From positions 608,001-672,000 of the forward strand of contig CAWCIZ010000003.1 of assembly GCA_963795855.1 (NCBI GenBank): a stretch of DNA of 64,000 nucleotides, in the 5' to 3' direction. The notes beneath the pieces are model-generated. The model was given only the letters and a program-made list of their open reading frames with translations, was not told the DNA's origin and did not search any database. The translations under genes and the position numbers were made by a program. This document shows positions 19,067 to 35,019 of this stretch, piece after piece; within the stretch, counting starts at the first letter, position 1; every line of letters begins with the position of its first letter. This DNA is from Vulcanimicrobiota bacterium. Lineage in GTDB: Bacteria > Vulcanimicrobiota > Vulcanimicrobiia > Vulcanimicrobiales > Vulcanimicrobiaceae.

Positions 19067-21175
19067 ATGCAGAAGTTCGAGCTCGTTGCGCCCTTTGCGC
19101 TCGCCGGCGACCAGCCGAAGGCCACGGAATCCCTGGGCATGGGCGTCTCGCGGGGCGATCGCGCGCAGACGCTGCTCGGCGTCACCGGCAGCGGCAAGAC
19201 GCTGGCGATGGCGCGCGTCGTTGAACTCGTGCAAAAACCGACGCTGGTACTCTGCCACAACAAGACGCTGGCCGCGCAATTGTGCGCCGAGTTCCGCGAA
19301 TTTTTTCCGAACAACGCGGTGGAGTACTTCGTTTCGTACTTCGATTATTATCAGCCGGAAGCGTACATCGCCCACACCGACACCTACATCGAGAAAGACA
19401 GCTCGATCAACGACGAGATCGAGCGCTTGCGGCACTCGACGACGCAGTCGCTCCTCACTCGACGCGACACGCTGATCGTCGCATCCGTTTCGTGCATCTA
19501 CGGTTTGGGCTCGCCGTCCGATTACACCGACATGTCGGTGAAGCTGCGGGTCGGCGAACAGATGGACCGGGATGCCCTGCTGCGCAAACTCGTCGACATG
19601 CAGTACCGCCGCAACGATCTGAACATGGTGCGCGGCACGTTTCGCGTGCGCGGCGACACGCTGGAATACATGGGCGTCGACGAGGAGCTCATCCATCGCA
19701 TCGAATTTTTCGGCGACGAGATCGACGCTATCAACGTGGTCAACATCATGACCGGAGAATACGTCGAGAGCAAGGACGAGCTGCTGATTTTCCCGGCCAA
19801 ACACTTCATCACGCCGGAAGAGAAGCTGCGGCGCGCGGTCGTTTCCATCGAAGAGGAACTCGACGAGCGGCTCAAGCTGTTCAAGGACAACGGCAGGCTG
19901 CTCGAAGCGCAGCGCTTGGAAATGCGCACGCGCTACGACCTCGACATGCTGCGCGAAGTCGGCTATTGCAACGGTATCGAGAACTATTCGCGGCACCTCA
20001 CCGGGCGCGAGCCGGGGTCGACGCCGTGGTGTCTGCTCGACTTCTTCCCGAAGGACTGGCTGCTCTTCGTCGACGAGTCGCACGCCACGCTGCCCCAGGT
20101 GCACGCGATGTACGGCGGCGATCGCTCGCGCAAACTCTCACTGGTGGAGCACGGCTTCCGTTTGCCGAGCGCGCTCGACAACCGTCCGCTCACGTATGAT
20201 GAATTCGACGAGCACGTGAATCAGGTGATTTACGTTTCGGCCACGCCGAGCACGTACGAAATCGGACGCAGCACGCAAGTGGTCGAGATGATCATTCGGC
20301 CGACGGGTCTGGTCGATCCGGAAGTCGACGTGCGTCCCACGCGCAATCAAGTCGACGATCTGATGGAAGAGATCCGTCAGCGCGTAGAGCGCAAGGAGCG
20401 CGTACTGGTCACGACGCTCACGAAGAAGATGGCGGAAGATCTCACCGACTTTCTGATCGAGATGAACTTCAAAGTCCGCTATCTGCACAGCGAGGTGGAC
20501 ACGCTCGAGCGCGTCGCGATTCTGCGCGATTTGCGGCTCGGCGTCTTCGACGTACTGGTCGGCATCAATTTGCTTCGCGAGGGCCTCGATTTGCCGGAAG
20601 TTTCGCTCGTCGGCATTTTGGACGCGGACAAGGAAGGCTATCTGCGCAGCGGCACGTCCCTCATCCAGACGATTGGGCGAGCAGCGCGTCACGTCGAAGG
20701 CAAGGTCATCATGTACGCCGACGCGGTTACCGAATCGATGGCCAAAGCCATCGGTGAAACGCGTCGCAGGCGCGAACTTCAAATGGCTTTCAACCTCGAG
20801 CACGGCATCGAGCCGCGCAGCGTGCGCAAAGAAGTGCGCGACATCCTCAGCATGGTGGGCGCTACCGAAGAGGCGCAAGCCGACATTCGTCGTGAAAAGC
20901 TGCCGCGCGACGTTGCTATGCGCATGGCGTCCGAACTCGAAAAGAAAATGCGGGATTATGCCGCCAACCTCGAGTTCGAGAAAGCCGCCGCACTGCGCGA
21001 CGAACTGATCGAACTGCGCAAGCAGATCGGCGGCAACGAATCGCTGCTCTTCCAAGGCAAGGCGCCGAAGATTTTCGAGCACGCGCTCAAGGAATTGGTG
21101 GGCAGGCTAAGAAAAATCGCGAAAACCGTTGGCACAGCGCGAGTTTTCGTTCGAGTTTCGAACTTTCGTCAATAA
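19067..21175 (+). CDS. uvrB: Excinuclease ABC subunit B
   Basis: [47 protein letters not shown]-terminal UVR domain [12 protein letters not shown] at 19067. Confidence 0.98.
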   Translation: MQKFELVAPFALAGDQPKATESLGMGVSRGDRAQTLLGVTGSGKTLAMARVVELVQKPTLVLCHNKTLAAQLCAEFREFFPNNAVEYFVSYFDYYQPEAYIAHTDTYIEKDSSINDEIERLRHSTTQSLLTRRDTLIVASVSCIYGLGSPSDYTDMSVKLRVGEQMDRDALLRKLVDMQYRRNDLNMVRGTFRVRGDTLEYMGVDEELIHRIEFFGDEIDAINVVNIMTGEYVESKDELLIFPAKHFITPEEKLRRAVVSIEEELDERLKLFKDNGRLLEAQRLEMRTRYDLDMLREVGYCNGIENYSRHLTGREPGSTPWCLLDFFPKDWLLFVDESHATLPQVHAMYGGDRSRKLSLVEHGFRLPSALDNRPLTYDEFDEHVNQVIYVSATPSTYEIGRSTQVVEMIIRPTGLVDPEVDVRPTRNQVDDLMEEIRQRVERKERVLVTTLTKKMAEDLTDFLIEMNFKVRYLHSEVDTLERVAILRDLRLGVFDVLVGINLLREGLDLPEVSLVGILDADKEGYLRSGTSLIQTIGRAARHVEGKVIMYADAVTESMAKAIGETRRRRELQMAFNLEHGIEPRSVRKEVRDILSMVGATEEAQADIRREKLPRDVAMRMASELEKKMRDYAANLEFEKAAALRDELIELRKQIGGNESLLFQGKAPKIFEHALKELVGRLRKIAKTVGTARVFVRVSNFRQ

Positions 21176-21512
21176 GAACATCACCTCGGTCGAGCAGATC
21201 GAAGTGCTGTTGATTTTGCGCGCCAATCCCGACCGGGTCTGGAACGTGGAAGAGATGAGCTCGATTCTGCGCAGCAGTGCGCAGTCGATCCGGACGAGAC
21301 TCGACTCCTTGACGGCCCGGAAGCTTGCCGAGCAGGTGCCGCCCGGCGGTTTCCGCTACGCGGCTAGCGGACGCTTGAACGACATGGTCGAAATGCTCGC
21401 CGCGGAGTACGCGAGCCGCCGTTTCAGCGTCATCGAGCTCGTATTTACGCGGCCCGATGCGGCGCGTCTGTTTGCGGACGCGTTCCGCATCAAGGAGGAC
21501 GACGAGGAGTAA
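21129..21512 (+). CDS. Small winged-helix-like hypothetical protein
   Basis: [19 protein letters not shown]...KL, FADAFRI. Coupled to the next gene by TAATG. Confidence 0.75.
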   Translation: MAQREFSFEFRTFVNKNITSVEQIEVLLILRANPDRVWNVEEMSSILRSSAQSIRTRLDSLTARKLAEQVPPGGFRYAASGRLNDMVEMLAAEYASRRFSVIELVFTRPDAARLFADAFRIKEDDEE

Positions 21513-21781
21513 TGCTTGCCGCCGAAATCGTCTACGTACTCTGCACGCTGACGAGTTTGCTCTGCGCGGCCCTTCTGCAGCGCGGATACAAGCGAAGCGG
21601 TACGCGGCTGCTCATGTGGAGCGCGCTGTGCTTCGTCGGGCTCTTCCTGAACAACGCGATCCTGTTCGTCGACAACATCATCTTGCCGAGCACGATCAAT
21701 CTCTCCATCTGGCGATTGCTGCCGGCACTCATCGGGGTCGCGCTGCTGTGCTACGGCCTGATTGAAGAGGAGACGGCCTGA
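21512..21781 (+). CDS. DUF5985-like small 3-TM membrane protein
   Basis: VYVLCTLTSLLCAALL..Y.R...RLLMWSALCFVGLFLNN, recalled family pattern. Confidence 0.75.
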   Translation: MLAAEIVYVLCTLTSLLCAALLQRGYKRSGTRLLMWSALCFVGLFLNNAILFVDNIILPSTINLSIWRLLPALIGVALLCYGLIEEETA

Positions 21782-22044
21782 TGTACCTCTTCCTGAGCGG
21801 TGCGCTCTCGTTCGGGTTTTTCGCGGCGGCGGTATTCTTTTGGCGGTTTTGGCGGCGCACGAACGACCGCTTCTTCGTCATGTTCGCCGGCGCTTGGGTG
21901 CTGCTGGGCGTCGAGCGTTTCGTGCTCGGCCTGCTCAATCAACCGGAGCAACTCAACCCCGGCATCTACTTCATCCGGCTCTCAGCGTTCGTCCTCATCA
22001 TCGTCGCGATCGTCGACAAAAACCGGTCGCATTCGAACCGCTAA
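21781..22044 (+). CDS. DUF5985-like small 3-TM membrane protein (second copy)
   Basis: FLSGA...FFWRFWRRTNDRFF..FA..RLSAFVLIIVAIVDKNR. TGATG overlap with the previous gene. Confidence 0.75.
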   Translation: MYLFLSGALSFGFFAAAVFFWRFWRRTNDRFFVMFAGAWVLLGVERFVLGLLNQPEQLNPGIYFIRLSAFVLIIVAIVDKNRSHSNR

Positions 22045-22045
22045 C

Positions 22046-24523
22046 ATGGGGCTGCATTTGCGCGAACAGCGCCGCGACGACTCGCTCGCCTATTTGACGG
22101 CAACGCTGCCGCCGCAATCGAAAGCGGTTCGTGTATCGTACGCGTCGCGGACGGGTGCGCTGCTCCGGGTTGACGGCGTCACCGCGGGAGCGTACGATCG
22201 CGAGCACCACGACGTTGTGCTGGCGCCGAGCGATCGCGGACGCGAGTTGCAACTTGAAGTCGAACTCGAGGCGCTCCCCACCAACGGACTGCCGTCCGGC
22301 CCCGGAATCATCTGGAAGTATCTCAATGCGCGATCGCGCGAGCGGCCGCGCATGCGGCTGGAAGTGTGCGTTGCGCCGGAAGTGAATGGCGCCCCGCCAT
22401 CGGCTTCCGCGCAGAATGACGGGCGCATCTCGTGTATCGGTCACAGTCACCTCGACGTCGCCTGGCTCTGGACGTACGCCCAAACGCGCCGCAAAGCGGA
22501 GCGCACGTTCGCGATCGCCTGCGACTTGCTCGATCGCAGCGAGTCGTTCGTTTTCGTGCAAAGTCAGCCGCAGCTCTACAAGTTCGTGGAAGAAGCGGAC
22601 GCGGGGTTGTTCCAACGCGTGAAGAGTTACGTCGGCGAAACGCGCTTTGACGCCGACGTTGCGGCGTTCTGGGTCGAAAGCGACTGCAACGTTCCTTCGG
22701 GCGAATCGCTGCTGCGGCAAATGCTTTATGCGAACGCGTATTTCCAAACCCGCTTCGGCAAAACGCCGTCCATTGCGTGGCTCCCCGACACGTTCGGCTT
22801 TGCGAATACGCTTCCGCAACTGCTCGCGCATGCGGGCATCCCGTATTTCGCGACGACCAAACTGAACTGGAACGACACGACGAAGTTTCCGTATCCGCAG
22901 TTCGTATGGGAAGGTCCCGACGGCAGCAGCGTCGTCTCCGCGCTGATTCGGTCGTACGACGGCGGTGCGTACCCGTGGCGCATCCGGACCGCGCGCGAAC
23001 GGCACGAGCCGCTCGTGCTCGGGTACGGCGACGGGGGCGGCGGCGTGACGCCGAAAATGCTGGACCAAGTGCGCGCGTTCGGCGAGTGGATCCATCCGCG
23101 CGCGTGGTTCGATCGGCTCGCCGCCGCCCGCGACGATCTGCCGGTTCATTCCGACGAGCTTTATCTGGAATATCATCGCGGCGTGTACACGACGCATCAC
23201 GACGTCAAATTTCACAACGCGCTGCTCGAACGCGCGCTCGAGGAAGCGGAGGAGCTGCTGGCGTGGTGTGCTGCGGTTCACGCGCCGCGCGCCGCCGTCG
23301 GCCAGTTCATGACGCGCGTGCACGAATGCTGGGAAATGGTTCTGCGCAACCAATTTCACGACGTGCTTCCCGGAACGTCGATCGAGGCGGTCTATCAAGA
23401 CGTTGCTTCCGAGTATACGCGCGCAGAAGAGCTGGTTGCGTCCGTGCTCGGCTCCGCGCAGTCCATGCTGCCGCGCGCGACGGCCGCGCTTCGGTCACCG
23501 CCGCTGGTTTCGCCGAAGCACGATGGCGATGTATACGTCTTCGCGAACGGGTTGCTCGAAGCGCACGTCACGCCGCAAGGCGCGCTCGTGGAATTGCGCG
23601 TTCCCGGCGGACCCAGCGTCTGTTCGCAAGCCAATGTGCTCGCGCTTTATCGCGACAAGCCGCGGCAGTGGGAGGCGTGGAACGTCGATCGCGGCTACGA
23701 TCGCAGGATGCGGCGTGCTGAGCCGGGCGCCGCTCGTATCGAGGGCAACGCGTTGTACGTCGAGTTCCGGCTCGGCGAATCTGCGGCGCGCATGCGCATC
23801 GCGTTACACGAAGGCGAGCCGTTTCTGCGCGTCGATCTCGACGTCGAGTGGAGCGAGCGGCGAACGTTGCTGCGCGTCGAGAATTGGCTGCCGGTCGTGA
23901 GCGATAGCGTCACGTACGGTTCGCCGCACGGCACGGTGACGCGGAGCGCGCTGCACCGCACGCCGGATGAAATTGCGAAGTTCGAGGTTCCCGGGCAACG
24001 GTACGCGCTCGCGCGGGATGCCGGCGGTCGCGGAGTTGCCGTCTTTTCGCTCGACACGTACGGCTGGAGCGCGCGCACGCTCTCGAATGGCGGCGTGCAC
24101 CTCGGGCACTCGCTTTTGCGCGGCACGACGTGGCCCGATCCGCAGGCGGATCTCGGCGAGCACCGTTTTTCATACGCCTTTGCGCCGTTCGACGGCGTGG
24201 GAATCGGTGCGCTCGAACGGGCGTGGCTGCAGTTCGCGCACGAACCGCGCGTACGGCTTTTCACGTGCGCTGACGACGCGGTGCTGGTGACGGCCTGCAA
24301 ACCCGCACATGACGGAAACGGCGTAATCGTGCGCGTGCGCGAATGCGACGGAGCACAGCGCGACGTGTCGCTGCGGTGTGCGGCGCGCATGACTGAAGCG
24401 TCGCCGGCTGACGGGCTGGAGCGGCCTATCGAACGCGCGGTCGGCATCGAGGAAGAAACGCTGCAGTTCACGCTGCGGCCTTACGAATTGCGCACGTTTC
24501 GGGTACGCTTCTCCCATGCGTGA
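22046..24523 (+). CDS. Glycoside hydrolase family 38 alpha-mannosidase
   Basis: ATG at 22046. GHSHLDVAWLW, SGESLLRQ, nucleophile in WLPDTFG, GYGDGGGG, ELYLEYHRGVYTT, NQFHDVLPG. Confidence 0.93.
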   Translation: MGLHLREQRRDDSLAYLTATLPPQSKAVRVSYASRTGALLRVDGVTAGAYDREHHDVVLAPSDRGRELQLEVELEALPTNGLPSGPGIIWKYLNARSRERPRMRLEVCVAPEVNGAPPSASAQNDGRISCIGHSHLDVAWLWTYAQTRRKAERTFAIACDLLDRSESFVFVQSQPQLYKFVEEADAGLFQRVKSYVGETRFDADVAAFWVESDCNVPSGESLLRQMLYANAYFQTRFGKTPSIAWLPDTFGFANTLPQLLAHAGIPYFATTKLNWNDTTKFPYPQFVWEGPDGSSVVSALIRSYDGGAYPWRIRTARERHEPLVLGYGDGGGGVTPKMLDQVRAFGEWIHPRAWFDRLAAARDDLPVHSDELYLEYHRGVYTTHHDVKFHNALLERALEEAEELLAWCAAVHAPRAAVGQFMTRVHECWEMVLRNQFHDVLPGTSIEAVYQDVASEYTRAEELVASVLGSAQSMLPRATAALRSPPLVSPKHDGDVYVFANGLLEAHVTPQGALVELRVPGGPSVCSQANVLALYRDKPRQWEAWNVDRGYDRRMRRAEPGAARIEGNALYVEFRLGESAARMRIALHEGEPFLRVDLDVEWSERRTLLRVENWLPVVSDSVTYGSPHGTVTRSALHRTPDEIAKFEVPGQRYALARDAGGRGVAVFSLDTYGWSARTLSNGGVHLGHSLLRGTTWPDPQADLGEHRFSYAFAPFDGVGIGALERAWLQFAHEPRVRLFTCADDAVLVTACKPAHDGNGVIVRVRECDGAQRDVSLRCAARMTEASPADGLERPIERAVGIEEETLQFTLRPYELRTFRVRFSHA

Positions 24524-25250
24524 GATTCGAGCCGTCCTTTTCGATTTGGACGACACGCTGCACGACGACACGTACGCATTCACGACGGCCGCGCAGGAAG
24601 TGGCCGCCGAAGTCGCCGCCGAGCACGGCATCGACGCGCTCGCGCTCAAGCGCGCGTACATCGCTGAAGCAGAGGGATTTTGGCATCGGCTCACGGCCGA
24701 AGAACTGCGCACGAAGCTTTCGCAGTGGCGCAAGACGATGTGGGGAAACGCGCTCCGATCGGTCGGGCTCGAGGACGTGCGCTTGGCGGAAAGCAGCGCG
24801 ACGAAGTACAACGTTTACCGCAAGAAATATTTCGCGCTGTTTCCCGGCGCGCTCGATCTGCTGCGCGAACTCAAAGCGGCGGACATGAAGCTCGGCCTGG
24901 TTACCAACGGTCTTTCCGAAACGCACCGCGAGAAAATCGCGTTGCTGCAAATCGCCGAATACTTCGACGCGATCTTTCTCGCCGACGAAGTCGGCATGGT
25001 CAAGCCCGATCCGCTGCTCTTCGCACACGCTTGCACGAAGCTTCGCACGGCGCCGTCCGAAAGCGCGATGGTCGGCGATCGTTACGAGCGCGACATCGTC
25101 GGCGCGATCGATGCCGGCTTGTTTACCGTTTGGGTCAACGTGCGGAACGAGCGCGTGCCCGCGGGTGCGCGGCCGCCCGACGTTATCGTGAGCAGCATTG
25201 CCGAAGTTGCGTCGCATTTGCTCGGCGAAGCTTCCCGGCATGCGACCTGA
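24516..25250 (+). CDS. HAD-superfamily hydrolase
   Basis: FDLDDTL, VTNG, KPDP, MVGD..RDIVGA. Confidence 0.92.
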   Translation: MREIRAVLFDLDDTLHDDTYAFTTAAQEVAAEVAAEHGIDALALKRAYIAEAEGFWHRLTAEELRTKLSQWRKTMWGNALRSVGLEDVRLAESSATKYNVYRKKYFALFPGALDLLRELKAADMKLGLVTNGLSETHREKIALLQIAEYFDAIFLADEVGMVKPDPLLFAHACTKLRTAPSESAMVGDRYERDIVGAIDAGLFTVWVNVRNERVPAGARPPDVIVSSIAEVASHLLGEASRHAT

Positions 25251-25974
25251 AGCCGGGCTTGCCGCCACGTTATCGCAATCACTGGACTTGCTGCGGCGCA
25301 ACTGGGTGATCGTCGTTCCGTCGATCGTCGTGGGGGTCGCCGGCGCCGCCGCCGCGACCGTGCTTTCGCAGAGCGGCATTTTATCGTGGCGCTTTTTCGG
25401 CGACATGAACGAGCAGGGCCCGGCGGGATTCTGGCTCTTCGTCGGCACGATCGTCGCGATGGGTCTGCGGCTCGTCGCCGCCGTTATCGCGATTGCGTTT
25501 ACCGCCGGAATGGCCGCCGGCGCCTGGACGCAAGGTACGGCGCATTTTCGCGACGGCGCGGCCGCGTTTCGGCGCAACGGCCTGCAAGCGTTTTTCGCCC
25601 TGATTCTGCTTGCGATTCTCGGTCTGGTCGCGGCCGCGCTGTTGGTGCCGACGTTCGGCGTGTCCGTGCTCGCCTATATGATTTTTCTGCTGTACGCGAT
25701 GCCGGGCGTGCTCGTCGGAAACCGGGGCGCCACCGACGCCATCGTCGAGTCCATCGGCCTTGCCTGGCGCAGCTTCGGCGTCACCTTCGTCGTCGTTCTG
25801 CTCGTCATCGCCTTGGCGATCGCCGGCGGCTGGCTCGGCGACTTGCTGGCGCGCCTGCCCTTCCTGGGCGAGCTGCTGGGGTGGATCGTGATGGAGGCGG
25901 TGGTCGCCTACGCCACGCTGGTCGTGGTCGGCGAATATCTGCAGTTGCGCTCCCCGGCTGACCAGGCGCCCTAA
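25240..25974 (+). CDS. Multi-TM membrane protein of unknown function (paralog 1)
   Basis: About six hydrophobic segments. Shares NWxIxVP and ATLVxVGEY with the next gene. Confidence 0.75.
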   Translation: MRPEAGLAATLSQSLDLLRRNWVIVVPSIVVGVAGAAAATVLSQSGILSWRFFGDMNEQGPAGFWLFVGTIVAMGLRLVAAVIAIAFTAGMAAGAWTQGTAHFRDGAAAFRRNGLQAFFALILLAILGLVAAALLVPTFGVSVLAYMIFLLYAMPGVLVGNRGATDAIVESIGLAWRSFGVTFVVVLLVIALAIAGGWLGDLLARLPFLGELLGWIVMEAVVAYATLVVVGEYLQLRSPADQAP

Positions 25975-26028
25975 CCCGCTCGTCCGAATGTTCCCTTCGG
26001 AGCCCGCACTCTTGTTTCGGAGGTTCTT

Positions 26029-26790
26029 ATGCAGTCTTCGGAAGACTTGGGCAACACGTTCACACGCGCGTGGGACCTGCTTTCCACGAACTGGATCATC
26101 ATCGTTCCGGCAATCATCATCGCGGTAATCGCCGGGATCATCATCGCGTTGCTCGGCATGTTCGGAATGGCGTCGGCCGTCGGTTTCGGCAGCCTTGGAA
26201 TGGGCGGTGCCGGCGTGGGTTCGCTCATGCTCACCGGCCTGATCATCGGCATCGTGATGTTGCTCGCGAGCATTTTGACGGTCGCATATACGACCGGCAT
26301 GGCGGACGCGGCATGGCGCACCGGCAGAGTACGCTGGAAGACGGCGCCGCAGCGTTTCGGGAAGACGCCGGATCGATATTGGCGGCCGTTATTCTGCTGG
26401 TCATTCTCGGCATCATTGCCGTTGCGTTGTCGATACCGACGCTCGGTCTGGCGATGCTGGCCTACTGGCTATTCTTCATCTACACGTTTGCAAGCGTCAG
26501 TCGTCGGAAAGCGCAGCGGCACCGAAGCGCTCGGCGAATCCGCACGAATCACGTCCAAGAACTTCCTGATGACGCTCGCGATCGTGGTCTTGCTCGCGAT
26601 CGCATTCATCATCGCGGCTTGGGTGGGCAACGTGCTGCACCACATCCCGTTCCTGGGCGCGATCGTTTCGTACGTCATCAACCAGGTCGTCGCGGCATTT
26701 GCCACGCTCGTGATCGTCGGCGAGTATATCAAACTGCGGTCCGGCGTAGTCGGAGTAGGCACCCCGCCGACCGCTACCCCGCCTGCCTGA
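26029..26790 (+). CDS. Multi-TM membrane protein (paralog 2) with two compensating frameshifts near 26325 and 26499
   Basis: GGAGG RBS. The middle segment that matches paralog 1 ([11 protein letters not shown]...LFFIYTF) is in the alternative frame. Confidence 0.7.
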   Translation: MQSSEDLGNTFTRAWDLLSTNWIIIVPAIIIAVIAGIIIALLGMFGMASAVGFGSLGMGGAGVGSLMLTGLIIGIVMLLASILTVAYTTGMADAAWRTGRVRWKTAPQRFGKTPDRYWRPLFCWSFSASLPLRCRYRRSVWRCWPTGYSSSTRLQASVVGKRSGTEALGESARITSKNFLMTLAIVVLLAIAFIIAAWVGNVLHHIPFLGAIVSYVINQVVAAFATLVIVGEYIKLRSGVVGVGTPPTATPPA

Positions 26791-26825
26791 AACATTTTCG
26801 GACGAGCGCGGGTTGAACACTCGGC

Positions 26826-32244
<5,419 letters not shown>

Positions 32245-32253
32245 CACGGCAAT

Positions 32254-32595
32254 ATGCGCTACACGTGCCCCTGCTGCGGATACAAGGTCTTCAGCGGTCC
32301 GCCCGGCACCGAAGAAGTTTGCGCGATCTGCGGCTGGCTCGACGACGCGATGCATCTGCGGTTTCCGCTCTTCGACGGCAGGCCGAACGGCATCTCGCTG
32401 GTGGACGCGCAAGTAAATTACGCGCTCACCGGGTTTCCGTCCAATGCGCACGAGCGCGATCCCGATTGGCGCCCCATCGATCGCGACGTGGACGATCCGC
32501 AATCCGTGCCGGTCGATTTTGACGGTTTGGGCGAGCCGGAAGATTCGACTCGGCTCTACTACTGGCTTCCGACGTATTGGCAACGCGCTCAATAG
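32254..32595 (+). CDS. CPCC-family cysteine-rich protein
   Basis: YTCPCCG...EVCAICGWLDD...PNGISL..AQ.NY. Confidence 0.8.
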   Translation: MRYTCPCCGYKVFSGPPGTEEVCAICGWLDDAMHLRFPLFDGRPNGISLVDAQVNYALTGFPSNAHERDPDWRPIDRDVDDPQSVPVDFDGLGEPEDSTRLYYWLPTYWQRAQ

Positions 32596-33098
32596 TCATC
32601 GGCGTCGTTTCCGACACGCACATGCCGCGTCACGCGCGCGTGCTGCCGGCTGCGCTGCGCAGCGGACTGCAAGGCGTCGACCTCATCGTGCACTGCGGCG
32701 ACATGGTGGACGCGATGGCCGTGCCGCTTTTTGAAGCGATCGCACCGCTGCAAGCGGTCGCAGGGAACAACGATCCGCCGGTGCTGCATCGCGAGTTCGG
32801 CGCGCGAAAAATTCTCCAACTTGGCGACGTGCGGATCGGAGTCGTGCACGGGCACGCAGGCGGCGGCCGCACCACGCCGGCGCGCGCCGAGAATGCGTTC
32901 AAAAGTGAACGCGTGAACGCTATTCTTTTCGGGCATTCGCACGTGCCGTACTGCGAGGTTCACGACGGCGTGCTGCTGTTCAATCCCGGTTCGCCGACGG
33001 ATCGGCGCCGCCAGCGCGAGTATTCGTACGGAATTTTGCGCGTAACCGGTTCTGCGATCGAACCGGAGTTACGGTATTACGCGGACAAGTCGCCCTAA
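32577..33098 (+). CDS. YfcE-like metallophosphoesterase
   Basis: VSDTH, HCGD, AGNND, HGH, FGHSH, NPGS. Confidence 0.92.
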   Translation: MATRSIVIGVVSDTHMPRHARVLPAALRSGLQGVDLIVHCGDMVDAMAVPLFEAIAPLQAVAGNNDPPVLHREFGARKILQLGDVRIGVVHGHAGGGRTTPARAENAFKSERVNAILFGHSHVPYCEVHDGVLLFNPGSPTDRRRQREYSYGILRVTGSAIEPELRYYADKSP

Positions 33099-34601
33099 CC
33101 GCTCCGATCGATCCCGCTGCGGAAGGGCTGCCGCAAGAGATTCGTAGACATCGCGTGCGACGACGCCGCGCGCGCGCCGCAAAGCAGCATGCTTTCCTGC
33201 AAGTCCGTGCCAGTACGCACCTGCGCGTGCTGCGTCGACCGGTGAAAGCCCTTGCGAGAGCAGCGTCGCGATGATGCCCGTCAGCACGTCGCCGGTGCCC
33301 GCCGTCGCCAGCGCTGAAGTCCCGGTTGTGTTGACGTGCATTGTCGTACCATCGTAGACGAGCGTCGCCTGGCCCTTGAGCAGCGTCGGAATTCCGGTGC
33401 GATCGACGAATTCACGCAACCGCTCGACGCGGTCGGTTTGCGCCACGCTGCCCTTTCCGGACAGGCGCGCGAATTCACCGGCGTGCGGCGTCAGCACGAT
33501 GCGTTTGCCGCTAAGCGGCTCCAAGCGTTTCGCAAAGTGAAAGAGCGCGCTCGCATCGGCGACGATGGGCAGGTCGCATGCGTTCACGAAACCGCGAACG
33601 ATCTCGCCGGTGCGTTCGTCGAGCGAAAGCCCGGGTCCGATCGCCACGGACGAGTTGTGCTTGGCAATATCCAGCAACGACTCGACGGCCTTTTCGGCGG
33701 GCGCCGATGCGTCGATTGTGACGACGACCTGTTCGATGAGATGAGCGCGCAATGCCGGTGCTGCGGCGTTCGTCGTCGCCACGGTTACATATCCCGCGCC
33801 CGCGCGCGCGGCAGCCATCGCGCTCAATACCGCGGCGCCGGGGAACTGCTCGGAACCGGCGACGATGAGCGGCGCACCGGAGCTGCGCTTGTCCGATTCG
33901 CCGGCGCGCTGCGGAAGCAGATCGAGCAGTTCGGCGTCGTCGAGTGCGGCGTATTCGCGCGGCTGCGCATCGAGGGCGGTTTGCGGAATGCCGATTTCGC
34001 CCAGCCACAAGTCGCCGGTGCACGAACGTCCCGGAAAAAGCAGCAGACCGGGCTTCAGCGCGCCGAGGGTCACCGTTGCCGTGGCGCGTAACGCGGGTTC
34101 GACAAGCGTGCCGCGTTCGCCGTCGACCCCCGGCGGAATATCGATGGCCAGGCTCGGAACGTCCGATTCGTTGACCGCCGCGATAACCGCGCGATACGGA
34201 TCCGGCAACGGTAAGCGGGCACCGGTTCCTACGAGTCCGACGAGCACGAGTCCACAATCGCCGATGGCATCGCGTGCGGCTTCGAGCGATTGCGGAAAGG
34301 GCATGCGCACGACGCCTGCAGCGCGTGCGCGTTCTTCGGCGTCCCGCCGCGCGGCCGACGGATGCGTCGCGTCTTGCGCGTAGATCGTGCGGTCGTAACC
34401 TTGCAGCATCGCCAGCGCGGCGAATGCGTCGCCGCCGTTGTTGCCGGAACCGGCAAACGCAACAACGGTGCGCGAACGGGCATACCGCGCGGCGGCGTCG
34501 GCGATGCGTTCGCCCGCGCCGCGCATAAGTGCGACGTCGCCCACTTCGGCGCAAGCTCGTGCGTCGGCGTCGCGCATCTGCGCCGGCGTCAGCACCCGCA
34601 T
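33069..34601 (-). CDS. nnr: Bifunctional NAD(P)H-hydrate epimerase/dehydratase
   Basis: GSGNNGGD, AIDIP.G, IGPGL, VADA, LTPHAGEF.RL, LATAGTGDVLTG. Confidence 0.93.
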   Translation of the reverse strand: MRVLTPAQMRDADARACAEVGDVALMRGAGERIADAAARYARSRTVVAFAGSGNNGGDAFAALAMLQGYDRTIYAQDATHPSAARRDAEERARAAGVVRMPFPQSLEAARDAIGDCGLVLVGLVGTGARLPLPDPYRAVIAAVNESDVPSLAIDIPPGVDGERGTLVEPALRATATVTLGALKPGLLLFPGRSCTGDLWLGEIGIPQTALDAQPREYAALDDAELLDLLPQRAGESDKRSSGAPLIVAGSEQFPGAAVLSAMAAARAGAGYVTVATTNAAAPALRAHLIEQVVVTIDASAPAEKAVESLLDIAKHNSSVAIGPGLSLDERTGEIVRGFVNACDLPIVADASALFHFAKRLEPLSGKRIVLTPHAGEFARLSGKGSVAQTDRVERLREFVDRTGIPTLLKGQATLVYDGTTMHVNTTGTSALATAGTGDVLTGIIATLLSQGLSPVDAARAGAYWHGLAGKHAALRRARGVVARDVYESLAAALPQRDRSERLGRLVRVIP

Positions 34602-34977
34602 CTACCGCGAACCGTGTCCTTCCAGCACCACGACCGCCGCCGCCATCGAAGCCGTGTGCGTAATCGTGAGGTGCATCTCCGCGATTGCACGCGAGGCGAT
34701 CAGGCGTTCCGCGTCGCCGTACAGCGCGAATCACGGGCCTGCCGCTGCGTTCGTGTGCTACGCCGACGCTTCGCCACGGGATCGCGTGACCGAAAGCTTT
34801 GCGCGTCGCTTCCTTCGCTGCAAAAAATCCTGCTAAACGCTCCGCGCGGTTGCGCTTGCGCAGCGCGTAGGCCATCTCTTCAGCGGTGTAAATCTTGCGG
34901 GCGAACCACGCGAGCTGCGCTTCCGCGAACTCGTAACGTGAAACCTCGGCCAAGTCCATGCCGATTCCCACAATCAT
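34602..34977 (-). CDS. acpS: Holo-ACP synthase, frameshifted near 34727
   Basis: MIVGIGMDL..., ERLAGFFAAKEA..KA, GRP, then in the shifted frame LYGDA...HLTITHT...AAAVVVLE; acpS-nnr synteny. Confidence 0.88.
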
Positions 34978-35019
34978 GCGGGGCTCGTTCGCGGTCACGT
35001 CGAAAAGCACTGCCCGAGG

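Noticed and set aside
17927..20104. 725-aa ORF suggesting a long N-terminal fusion to Prs
   Set aside because: The extension is the antisense shadow of uvrB; Prs homology starts at 18949.
21800..22045. N-terminal extension of the GH38 ORF
   Set aside because: It overlaps the DUF5985-like gene in another frame; ATG 22046 follows that gene's stop.
26791..26825. LexA/SOS box upstream of uvrA (and uvrB)
   Set aside because: No GAAC-N4-GTTC or CTGT-N8-ACAG match was seen.
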